A stretch of 64,000 nt of DNA. Origin: Saccostrea echinata. Its lineage: Eukaryota. The notes beneath the pieces were generated by a model, which worked only from the letters and a program-made list of their open reading frames with translations, was not told where the DNA came from and did no database searches. Location: NCBI RefSeq assembly GCF_033153115.1, contig NW_026889751.1, positions 8,618,001 through 8,682,000 on the forward strand, read 5' to 3'. Numbering within the stretch: the first letter of the stretch is position 1; every line of letters starts with the position of its first letter. This document shows, piece after piece, positions 40,401 through 51,201 of the stretch. A program made the translations under genes and the position numbers.

Positions 40401-43400
40401 CTGGAAACCTTTCTTTGATGTATGGCAGCTCAGAGGAAAATACCCCAACAGAGGTTATCCCAAGATATTCAAGGACAAAACAGTGGGTAAGGTCTTTAAC
40501 ATAGGTCTTTTAAAACCATAACCAATGTATTGAATTTATTGATATTTCATTTGATAAGATATTCCTTCTATAGATCAATATTTCATCCTTTCTGAAAATA
40601 AATTATTGGCTGCTAGAACATGCATGGTTAGCTCTATCATGTTTGAAATAAGATTTTTGACTTTGAAATGACAGGACCAGAGGCCAAGAGAGTTTACAAT
40701 GATGCCCAGAACTTGCTCAAAACCATCACCACCACAAATAAGCTGCAGGCACATGGCGTGGTGGCGTTCTACCCTGCCAACAGTGTGGGCGATGACATAG
40801 AGGTTTATAATGAGGACGGAGAAGTGATAGAGGTCCTTCATGGACTCAGACAACAGGTATAATTACCAGTACATTTTTTGGGCACTTTTTTCCAAGGAAA
40901 GAAGAGTTAATGATTTTTATGTTCATTTGCACATGCATGTAAATATGTTCAGAGGTAACTTTTGGTCAGGGAGTGATTATACAATGTATTTTTTGTTACT
41001 GTCATTTCCATGTGGAGTCACATTTTTAAAATGTACATTTATCTGTTTTTCAATTATTTGTTACTAAGTAAATTTTTCTTATTTTTTAATTTCAATTTCA
41101 GGCAGAAAAGGAAGCCATGGACAAATCTCCATATTTATGTTTATCAGACTTCATAGCTCCTAAGAGTTCTGGCAAGAAAGATTACATTGGTTTGTTTGCA
41201 GTAACTGCTGGTCATGGTGTGGATAAAATGTGCAAAATGTTAGTACTACAAAATATTTATTGCAAGAGTAGATTAATGAATTTTTGATTTGTTAGAGCAC
41301 TTATGAGTTGTTATCCTATCTTAGATATGAAGAGAAGTTTGATGACTATGGAATTATCATGGTTAAAGCATTGGCTGACAGACTTGCAGAGGTAATGTGC
41401 CATTGAGTTTAGTTTCGTATCATGATGAATGCATTTTAAAAAGAAAAAATTGTGGCACATGAAGTGTTACATTTTACATACAGTTAAACCACATTATCCA
41501 AAACATGAAGGGGTTGATAAAAATTGAGAAATATGAGGATTTAGATAAACAGGTTTAAATACATAAAGAAAATGCGTTTGGGACTTCTAATTCAATTCAA
41601 CATATCCAAGGTATCCAATGTATTTGAAGTATTGATGTCTGAGATAACAAAGTTCAAATGTATTACATTTTGTTTATATAGGCATTTGCAGAGGAGTTAC
41701 ATGAGAGAGTGCGGAAAGAGATTTGGGGCTATGCTTGTGAAGAGGTTTTAGAAGCCAATGATCTACATAAAATTAAATACCAGGTAAAGTATTGTTTTGT
41801 AGACTACATTAGCTGTCTATTTTAGTTTTTTTTATTAATAGTGTCTGGGGTGTTCATCCTTCAGTATGTTTGTAACACTTGGGGGTACCCATCTATTATC
41901 CACAAGTACTCCTATACCACTGAGTAAAATTTAATGAAACTTTCACAGTATCTTTATTACTTAGTGCAATTGTGCACCTCCTATTTTTTGTTTTGATTGG
42001 ACAGATATTTTGGGTTTGCCTTAGCAAAATATAGAGACTACCATTCTTTCTATAACATGGGGGGTACCCATCTCTTATCCGCAACTCAATTCTATGCCAC
42101 TGAATAGATTTTAATGAAATTTTCAGAATCTTTATAACATAGTGCCATTGTACACCTCTATTTTCATATTCAGATATTTGAGGTTTCCCTTGGGAAAAAC
42201 TGGACCTTGTCTTTGTACTTATATGGGAGCAGGGGATGTCATTTTGTGAGCTCAGTGCTCACTGTACCTCTAGTTCACATGACTATGATAATGACAATTC
42301 TATTCTAGAAACTTACTGGGAATTCAAAACATTGAATATTTCTACAGCATTCGTCCTTTTAAGTAGTTGCCAATATGTTTTTTCATGACTTTATGGGCCT
42401 GTACATTTTATTTGAAATTTTAGCATTGAATTAAATGAATACTTAATAACAGGGAATTCGACCAGCACCTGGTTACCCTAGCCAGCCAGATCATACAGAA
42501 AAGGAAGTGATGTGGCGCCTCCTTAAGGCTGAGAAAGTGGGAATAACTCTAACAGAATCCTTAGCAATGTTCCCTGCAGCTTCTGTGTCAGGATTATACT
42601 TTGCTCACCCAAAGTCAGAGTATTTTGCAACTGGAAAGTTACAGAGGGACCAGGTGAGTTAAGTGGTCTCTTGTTAAATCACACTATTAACCACACTACA
42701 AATTGAAAAGGTTGAAATATTGGATGATAGAATTTTTTTGGTTTTCACTATTTTACAACAAAGATCAAATTATATAAAAAGCTATATTAAAGCTGACATG
42801 AATTCTTAAAAACGCAACATTTGCATCAATGTACGACTTGTTTCAAACCAACTATTCCGCCATATTTCTTTCAGATACATGTACCTTGTCTTGTTGTAAC
42901 GATATATACCCCGATGCCCTCGTTACACTTGAGTGAATTTTTGGTTCGGCTATCGACGCGTGCACATCTCCGATAGTAAAGTATTTGGGAACACATGAAT
43001 TGATAAAAAAAATTTAAAACCAGAACAGATAAAAACAGTCATAACGATAATTAGTCCCCTACCGGTGAAACCGGAGGGGACTATAGGTTTCCTCTGAGTC
43101 TGTCCGTCCGTCTGTCTGTCTGTCTGTCCGTCTGTCTGTCTGTCTGTCTGTCTGTCCCTCTGTCTGTCTGTCAGTCTGTCCCACTTGGTTTTCCGCACTT
43201 TTTTCCTAAACGCTTGCAGATATTGAGCTGATTTTTGGTATGTGAGTGTATCTTGATGAGTTACAGATCAAGTTTGCATTTCGTTCCGCTTCATTGATTT
43301 TTGACGGAATTACGGCCTTTTCAATTTTTTCGGGTTTTCCGCAATTTTCTTCTAAAAGCTTGTAGATATTGAGCTGATTTTTGGTATGTGGCTTTACCTT

Positions 43401-44295
43401 GATTAGTTACAGATCAAGTTTGCATTTCGTCCCGCTTCATTAATTTTTGACGGAATTATGGCATTTTCAATTCTTAACGGGAACGGAACCAGATTACACT
43501 TGCCGGTAGGGGACTAGTATTGCTAATGCAATACTCTCAGAATGCTTGTTATGAATAATTATCGTTTTGAATAACATAAATGCAAGTTTGGAAGAAAAAA
43601 ACATAGTTGCGCGTGTTTTTTAAAAGCATACCAATATATGCATAATAAACTTGAAATAAAACACAGTAAAACTCGTACAAACAATTTGCAATAATCTATC
43701 GTAAGAATGGAACAAACCACCACTCCACCAGCGTATTTCCTATGCATGTCCATATGCATTCAAATACAATTGATGCATATCGAGAGAACACGTCGAACAC
43801 CGTAAACTTATTCATACCTGAAAATAGACCACTGTGCCCGTTCGAAGATGTGCACATGCCGAATAATTTACACCTTGTATTCCATTTATTGAAATATGCA
43901 TCAAAAAGTAATAAACTCCATAAATACTCAACAGTAAACACGTTGTCACTTCATCGTACAGCCTTGCACTCGAATACGCTTAGTCCGTGCTGGTCAGATT
44001 TTGGTCAGGGAAAATATCAAAAGTAAAAAAGGGAATTAGTATTTGCCCAACTGGTTAAAAAATAAGACATCACTAAAAAAAAGTCTGATTGCTGATTATA
44101 AAAAACTAAACTGAGTAATTTGGTGTAAAAAAAAATGATTTAGAACACGACATGAGAGCATTTAACCAGAACACAATTAACAAATATACACATATGTGGG
44201 GGGGGGGGGGGGATACTCCCTTTTCTCAGAGTGTCTTTCAGGCACATAGCATCTAAGAAATAATTGACATTTTACCTGAAAAATCTTTGACAAGC

Positions 44296-44327
<32 letters not shown>

Positions 44328-47300
44328 TAAAAATTATAATAATAAGAAATAAATTTAAAAAAAATAAAATATAAAAAAATCTCCAAAATCCCATTTAATG
44401 GGGGGGGGGGGGGGGGGGGCAGTTGGGGGGAGGCAACTTTTTTGAGGATTTGATTATAGTGCAACAAAAAGTGGAGGAGATCAGCATTTGAGTGTGTATT
44501 TCATACTGAACAGTAAAACATTATGCTCGGAAAAAGGGGGCATCCCCCACCCACGCGTTCGACATGGATTTTTTATTTTAAGACTGGCTGCCGCCCCCCC
44601 CCCCCCAACTCTTATCCAACATTATTGTACATCGTACTCAAATATTTTTCTGCCAAAAATGATAGTATGAATGGAATCTGTCCCTCCCTTGACTACGGAT
44701 TTTTTAAATGCCTGTTTTCCTTCGTCACTTCCCCCAATTTTTAAGTGCATAAAGTTTTTCTTTTGCTTGTCAATCATTTTACTGCCCCCGCTCCCCCTCG
44801 CATACACACACTTTGAGAAACGGTGCTACGTGCCTGTTTTATATGCATGTATAGAAAGTCTTTCCAGATTGGAGTTTCCGCAGGTAGTCTAAAATTTGGT
44901 ACCTATTCAATTTCTTGTATTTTGAGAAAATCTTAAAAAATAGTTTAAGGATTACTGAAAACCTAAACCGCAAGATTAGAAATATTTTTTGCATTTTCAA
45001 TACAAGTACACACACTCTCTCTCTCTCATGTGTAAGTATCCGTACATGTAAGAGCAATAATGCATATACAATCCGATGTAGTAAAAATCATGGGAAATGA
45101 TATAGTCATTATAAGGGCAGATCGAGGAATTTTTCTGGGGCAGGGTGGATCAAACCTGCTGAAAAAATTGTCTCCTTTTTTTGACAAGCCAAAAAGAAAA
45201 GGAAAAGAAAAGAAAAAAAACTACACACCCAAACGAAAAGGGAACAAAACAATTGTGAAAACTATATATCACGGGAATGGAAACATGTGGACTCTTCTCA
45301 TGTACTTTCCAGAAGAAACAAATTCAGTTTTTTTGTTTCCTAAATTTACACCTTCGAAGAGCACAGAAGGTTCCTACCAGAAATTTTTTAAACAAGAAAA
45401 AAAATAACCAATATCAAAATGTTTTGTGGGGGGTGGATACTGTCAGGGGCACATTGTTTTCCTTTCCTATAAACTTTGACTATTAGTATATAATATTTGT
45501 AGAAATAATACACATGCACGCAACCATATTTTAATCATTCAGTCACATCACAAAATTTCTTTAAATATCTAAAACGTGTAAATATGTGTAGTTGTTAAAA
45601 AAAACTTATGTAATGTAATAATTAATACTTTTGCATCGCCTCGTGATATCTTTGGCAATGCGCGCGAAGATTGTTGAATCACACCACTTCACATTTGGGT
45701 ACACGGTAGAACTATTTCAATTATCAATATTACTTTCACATATACTAATAGTGTAATACTTACTCAACTTCAATATATACAAAAAAATGTACTGTAGATT
45801 ATTTATATACACATAATTATGTTTGTGCTTGTTGGTAACTGTACAATATTTACACATTACTATTTTTTTTACCACTTTACATCGAAAATATTTCTTTTTT
45901 AACTGTGTAATTAACTTATCGGTAAAACAAACATCTAATTAATTTACAGTTATTGTTATTACAGAGAAATAATCAAATTCCCACTTCGCCTTAGAACTTT
46001 TTCACATTTTTGTATCAATCGTGCTTGTAATTTGTGACGCCTAAAATTGTCCTGATTTGAAAATATCTACAGAAACAAATTGTCGAGTATGTGTAAATTT
46101 AAGATATATCAGTTTTATATCTAAAATAGTTGAGGCCAGTTAATTGCAAGTATTTAAATATATTTGATCAAGGAAAATCCGACCTTTTCCCGACGTTTGT
46201 TTAAAATATATTGAAAAATGTATTCTACATATCCCCCCCCCTTTTCATTTTCTTTATAAGATGTAAGATCTGTAACAAGAATGTATGTTTATGTAATAAA
46301 TTTGTTGTAATGAAGCCACATTCATGAACATATTTACTACATGTACCGACAACAGTTAGTTCGATTTCTGAAACGTTTTTTTTGCGTGACTATATTGTCT
46401 AATCAGGAAAATACCAGTGTCTTTTCCACCTTCGATATTTTCCCTGACCAAAAATGCTGATCGGCAGGGACCACGTGTGTTCAAGTGCTAGTGACAATTT
46501 GTTTACCGTTGAGTTACAAATGGAGTTATTACTTCTGTGATGTATATTTCAATAAAAGGAAAATAGGAAGTAATTCTTTCGACATGTGCACATCCCTGTA
46601 GCGATAGCTGTATTTCAGGCAGATGAGTATAAAGCGTTCGACGCGTTTTCTCGGCATGCATGCATGCATGTATTACTTCAATGCATAAGTTGCATAGTAT
46701 GTGCTTATACCGTGTAGCATGCATAAAGTTCAACAGTACAGTGGGGGTTTTTTTTGTGGAAAAAAAATGCATGTGGTAGCTTCTTTATTGTTCAAATATA
46801 TATGTTATGTATATCAAACATGCATTTGCCGTTTTGATTTTTATGCATTGCATCAAAATTATTCAAAATTTATATACTCATTTCCAGTTTTCAGTAAAAT
46901 TCCTAGTTATTGGTAGGATTGTTAGATTTATTGCATGTTCCAAAACTGCTTTATCGGAGATGTGTACAGGCCTACATGTTTTCGGTCAGTTCATGACGTG
47001 TTCCAAAACTTTGCTATCGGAGATGTGTACATGCCGACAGCCAGGCTAGAAAATCACTCAAGTGTAAAAAAAGCATCAGGGTTTATATAGCCGGTAAAAT
47101 AAGTGAGCGAATCTGGAAGAAATATGGCGGAAAAAGGAGTACGGGAATGAAATAAGTCGTACAAGGATGAAAATATCACATTTTTAAGAGTTCATGTCAG
47201 CTTTAAGGTTAACCATCCCTCTGATCACTTATTTAAAATTTTACTGCAACTCTCTTTTTTTTCAAAAGATTAAAATACATACAATTTCAGCATACCCTGC

Positions 47301-47568
47301 AGAACCAAATTTGACAGAAATTGCCTTTTGATTTGACAATTTTGTAAAGGAATGAAGGTCATTTTTCCTGATGAGCATTATCTCTCTTATGGGAGGGTCA
47401 GTGAACCTTAAAAAGAACCTCAAATGTGTGTTGTTACAAATTTAAAGGACAATTCTAAATTTAGATAATTTTATTTTTCAGATTGTTGATTATTCATCTA
47501 GAAAGTCAGTGGATGTGTCTGTGACTGAAAAGTGGCTAAGCTCAGTGTTGGCTTATGATCCAGAATAA
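28490..47568 (+). CDS. MTR: Cobalamin-dependent methionine synthase, 31 coding exons
   Basis: Exons 28490-28532, 28782-28978, 29360-29449, 29561-29630, 30628-30720, 30953-31214, 31469-31569, 31680-31741, 32076-32143, 32410-32489, 32674-32786, 33139-33279, 33432-33617, 34053-34232, 34399-34515, 34945-35085, 35334-35423, 35629-35880, 36420-36522, 36635-36702, 38486-38606, 38901-38982, 39385-39483, 39930-40002, 40328-40486, 40675-40856, 41102-41238, 41325-41391, 41682-41783, 42453-42653, 47482-47568. Motifs: [24 protein letters not shown] (Zn), [19 protein letters not shown] (B12), GIRPAPGYP (SAM). Confidence 0.97.
29743..30530. mobile_element. ~790-bp foldback element (Kolobok-like, TTAA target) in MTR intron 4
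   Basis: TTGA-AGGTGCTTGGACAC..ATATTTTCTCAAATT pairs with AATTTGAGAAAATAT..GTGTCCAAGGACCT-TTAA. Imperfect complementarity continues inward to a centre near 30120-30150. Confidence 0.8.
31850..32025. mobile_element. ~180-bp MITE family copy 2
   Basis: CAGTTAAAATTTGGTATCTC ... GAGATGATGAGGTTTGACTGTA. Confidence 0.7.
33653..33836. mobile_element. TA-flanked MITE (Tc1/mariner-pogo type, second family)
   Basis: TA-CCGTATATATTCGCCTATAAGTCG ... CGGCTTATAGGCGAGTATATACGG-TA, with internal repeats of CCGACTTATAGGCG. Confidence 0.85.
35905..36083. mobile_element. ~180-bp MITE family copy 3
   Basis: TACAGTTAAACCTTGTTAT ... GGAAGTCCCAA ... ACAAGGTTTGGCTGT. Confidence 0.65.
36747..37158. mobile_element. 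hAT non-autonomous element with 8-bp TSD
   Basis: TIRs TAGGGATGGCAATT / AATTGCCATCCCTA. ATATGAAT is duplicated at 36739-36746 and 37159-37166. Subterminal AACCG/AATCGGTTAACCG repeats. Confidence 0.9.
37173..37348. mobile_element. ~180-bp MITE family copy 4 (reverse orientation)
   Basis: TACAGTCATACCTC ... TTGGGACTTC ... TTCGAGATACCGGAGTTCTTCTGTA. Confidence 0.75.
37947..38125. mobile_element. ~180-bp MITE family copy 5
   Basis: TACAGTTGAACTTCGGTATCTTGAA ... AGATAATGAGGTTTGACT. Confidence 0.8.
41479..41662. mobile_element. ~180-bp MITE family copy 6 (reverse, diverged)
   Basis: TACAGTTAAACC ... TTGGGACTTC ... GAGATAACAAAGTTCAAATGTA. Confidence 0.6.
41840..42275 (+). mobile_element. Degenerate HINE-like element with two ~180-bp tandem units
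   Basis: GGGGGTACCCATCT..TTATCC..CCACTGA..TTTAATGAAA occurs at 41881 and 42061. It ends with the hairpin GTGAGC..GCTCAC followed by CTCTAGTT. Confidence 0.6.
43050..43550 (+). mobile_element. HINE-like Helentron element with (CTGT)n microsatellite, nested in the Kolobok-like element
   Basis: Subterminal inverted repeats TAGTCCCCTACCGG / CCGGTAGGGGACTA, a (CTGT)n tract, two ~145-bp tandem units (GATATTGAGCTGATTTTTGGTATGTG), and a 3' hairpin AGTATTGC-TAAT-GCAATACT followed by CTTGTT. Confidence 0.88.
44239..44836. mobile_element. CAGG...CCTG-ended element with poly-A/poly-G tracts, nested in the Kolobok-like element
   Basis: CAGGCACATAGCA / TGCTACGTGCCTG inverted ends. The TTGACAAGCAAAAA motif is shared with 19334-19928. 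No clear TSD. Confidence 0.55.
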
Positions 47569-47838
47569 GAAGGGTGTCAAAGTGTGTGATGCATCTGATA
47601 TAGCCCTGTGCTGTAATTACCGGTACTCTATGTGTACATATTTTTTGCATATCGAAAATGGAGTGCAAATGTTGGATCATAAACTTTGGTGATATTAGCG
47701 GTACATTCGGTACTTAACTCATGTTTAATGATATTTAAGTTGTTATCACTAATTAGCATGTAAGTAATGACACTAAAGACACCAAAAATATGTAACATAT
47801 TAAAATAAATATGCATACAGCATGATGTAGAAGGAAGA

Positions 47839-48075
47839 TACAGTTGAACTTCGGTATCTCAAACACGGATATCTCGAATACCATGGATATGTCAAAGTGT
47901 TGGGAATTCCTAATCACATATTTCTTAGGTGTTATGTTACCATGGATATGTCAAAATGTTGGGAATTCCTAACCACATATTTCTTAGGTGTTTAACCCTG
48001 GATATCTCGAACCCTCCAATATCTTGAAGTTTTTTCTCGGTCCCATCCAGTTCGGGATAACGAGGTTTGACTGTA
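47839..48075. mobile_element. MITE family copy 7 with an internal ~60-bp duplication, just 3' of the MTR stop
   Basis: TACAGTTGAACTTCGGTATCTC ... GATAACGAGGTTTGACTGTA; CATGGATATGTCAAA..TTCTTAGGTGTT occurs twice. Confidence 0.8.
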
Positions 48076-50101
48076 TATTGATATGAAGCAGATACAAGAG
48101 TTTCATGCTACAGAATTTTAAGACTGTCCAGAATCAATGACAGCATCTACATGTATACATAGTGAAATGACTTCATTAATGAGAAATAAAAACTTGTCGC
48201 ATCCTACTGTGTAGGTATAACATATGAATATTTTTAAGTGCAGAGTATGTGATTAAAAACCAAAATTTTTAGACTCCTTTTTACTTTTATGAAATGTAAC
48301 ACAGTGGTCATACATGTATGTGGTCTGAGACTTGCATGGGGATTCCATATAGGAAACAGAAGAGTTGTACTATGTATAGTTCTGTTAATTGGAGGATGAC
48401 TATAGAATTGTATCAACTGTAATTTCTTCGAATGCTGGATTCAGAATTTTGATGGCAAAAATAGTCATTCTATACTCTATTTCAAAAAAAGAAGAAAAGA
48501 TGAACAAAAGAGACAAAACCCATAGAAAAAAGATTATTGGAATGCCTTCCTTCGTAAATACTATCATGATATCAGAAAGTAAGGTGTTAATTTACTAGTA
48601 TGTAATACCTCCGCAGTCCGTACAAATCTGACAAAAAAAAAATGCTGAAATTAATTTATTTGTTGGCTTTTATTTTGAATAATACTGTATGTAACAAAAT
48701 GCCTCATTTCTACGTGGTGTTTTCCCCCATTTTGACAGCGAAAAGTATGATGAAATTTCAGTATGTCACAGTGGATTCCATCCCCTGTCCCCCAAAACCC
48801 TACCCCAGTATGACACTGTCACCCTTGTTTAATTAACAGATAAACTTATTTTTCACTCTTATACTATATATATTTTCAATGTCCAAAAATTAATTTTCAA
48901 TGGTGTATAAATTTGGAACATTTCCTCGTTATCTCCTAGTATGTTTTAATTTTACTATATGATTTTATTTCTAGCACAATTAGATTCACATGTATTATTG
49001 CATTTCGGAGTCTTCAAAAATTATTGCCACTGTGCTCTGTTACTGTCTGAGCAAAAAAATAATTTGATTCCACTAAAGACTGCGGAGACTGACTTAAGAA
49101 CTTATACGAGGGTCATTAAAAAATACGTAGACTTTTGTAATAACTTGTTTATTTAACATCGTATTATTATCAAAATTGGTAGAAATATTTCGAGCATAAA
49201 TCCGAGTAATATGAGTTTTAAAAAAATTCAAATATATCATGATATATGTCAGAATACTTCAAAATTTCAAACTGCAAAAAATGGGGCCACGGAGCAAGTC
49301 AAAATTTAGTTTGATAATCATAATGGAGTTAATAATGTCAATAGTTATATCTCTGTGAATTGGCATTAAAACAAAATATAAATGAAACATTCAAATTGAG
49401 TATGGCTGCATCATTTTATATGCCCAATTGTGATGCAATATTTTGCTTCGTTTATCAAAAAATAATTGCCGAAGACAGGTAGTCATCATTGAAAAGGGTA
49501 AAAAAAAAAGATGACGTCCCAGGACGTCTTTGAGCAGCAAGTAGCAAAACAATTTTGTTTTGGACTCGGGAAAACGCCATAACAAACTCGGGCAATGCTG
49601 TAGGAAAAAGAAAAATATATCAAACATTAACCATGCATGTTTTTATAAATGACAGGAAATTTGAGTTTGAGAGATTCTGTACTGAAACTAGGTGTGAAAT
49701 GGTATAGAAACCTTTTAAATGAATGGGTAAGGTGCCTCAGACCGTCTGTAAAATGAAGAGGTGGAGTATTTTTGTGAAACTGTCATGACATTTCTTCTAA
49801 GTAATTAATATCGTTGGTATGTTGTTAACCAAAAAAAAAATCAATTCTGGTAATTCTGAAAAATCTACCGATTCCAAAGGAATTTAAAAGAAATATAACC
49901 TAAAAGGAAACGTTTCAATTGAAGAAAACGATGTACATGTACATGATGTTATTTAGTATTCTTTTACCCATATAGCAAGTAAGCCATGAAAGTAATTAAG
50001 ATTGTCGTCTTTGGGAATATAAAACTTTAATAAATAAAACATCAATTGAGATTTTTACATAAAAAATCTTCCCTTTTTTAGAGCTAGGAATTATAAACAT
50101 A

Positions 50102-50832
50102 AAGAAGATGGGTGAACAAGGCGGGCGAAGTGCCTATAGTGCGACAAACATGAAGTGAAAAATAAAATCTCAATTATATCAAAATTTTCCTTGATATTTC
50201 ATCTAACATTAAAGTATACTTTATGTAAAATCTCTACAATTTACAAAAATCTCACAAAGACTGAAATTATTTGCCTACGAAATACCACACACACACTAAA
50301 GAGGACAAAAAGGATCATTTTCTCACACTTTCACAAACTTTTTCGATATTAGTGGGTCTTCGCTCCATTTTTTTGAAAGTTAATCCTAAAAGTTTGCATA
50401 AAAATATACATTTTTTAATTTACAAAAACATGGAGCAAAGACCCACTATACCTTAAAAGTACACTTTTATGAAAAAGCATTCGCATCTTTCCGAGAAATA
50501 CTTGAAGTCCATTAAGTCAAGGGTCATATCACAAACATGATTTAAATGCCACGATTCATCAGGAGCTGTGTAGCGTAGTGGTTAGCGTGTTAGTCTATGA
50601 TATTCTGGATTTTTATTGTTAGGGGTTCGAATCCCACGAATACCATTTTATATTTTTAATAAAAGAATAATTTTTCCGAGATCTTTTTTTCTCAGAAAAG
50701 TTTTGTTGATCATAATTTCATAAATTTCAATAATGAGAACTTTACTTTAAATACTTAATTCACAAATTGAATATGAATTTTTTAATATCTGAAGCTATAG
50801 GCATTCTGCACGCCTTGTTCACCCATCTTCTT
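50102..50832. mobile_element. TIR element containing an internal tRNA-like (Pol III A/B box) segment
   Basis: TIRs AAGAAGATGGGTGAACAAGGCG..GCCTATAG / CTATAGGC..CGCCTTGTTCACCCATCTTCTT. Internal GTAGCGTAGTGGTTAGCG ... GGGTTCGAATCCC at ~50569-50635. Confidence 0.8.
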
Positions 50833-51201
50833 GTACAATACTGCAACCTTTAAATAACAGCTTGTTGAATTGCATGTTGATACTGAGAAGAAAAATGATG
50901 TTGTACACTTAATTCGCTTTATTGTACTCACATAGTGAGTCTTGCCTTATCTGTAACAACTAAGCCTCCAGCTGTGTTGCCATTGTGCCATAGAGTGCGT
51001 TAAGAAGTTATTTGACTGTTGTATTACAATGGAAGGTGAAATTTGCCAGTACGTGTGTTGATTAACCTTTTGTCATAAACAGAACGTGAAGAAGACTCCC
51101 GAAACGCCATCACCTGCGTGGCTGTAAGAAAAAAAGGGAAAATGATCAATACAAATTCTTCTATATAAGAAAAACAAGATTATAATTGTATCCCACCAGT
51201 T

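Larger units (their letters stand above)
42787..47206. mobile_element. 4.4-kb Kolobok-like non-autonomous transposon filling the last MTR intron
   Basis: TTAA-AGCTGACATGAA.TCTTAAAAA ... TTTTTAAGAGTTCATGTCAGCT-TTAA. Imperfect TIRs run ~200 bp (TTCCGCCATATTTCTT / AAGAAATATGGCGGAA; TTACACTTGAGTGA / TCACTCAAGTGTAA; CACATCTCCGATAG / CTATCGGAGATGTG). Confidence 0.85.

Noticed and set aside
42950-43198. ORF with DRQT repeats
   Set aside because: It is a translation of the (CTGT)n microsatellite in the HINE.
28490-47568. Horizontally acquired bacterial metH
   Set aside because: It has 31 spliceosomal exons and an animal MTR-type sequence; similarity to MetH is expected for this family.
49106-49650. 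Mariner-like element starting TACGAGGGTCA
   Set aside because: No matching right TIR or convincing transposase remnant could be identified.
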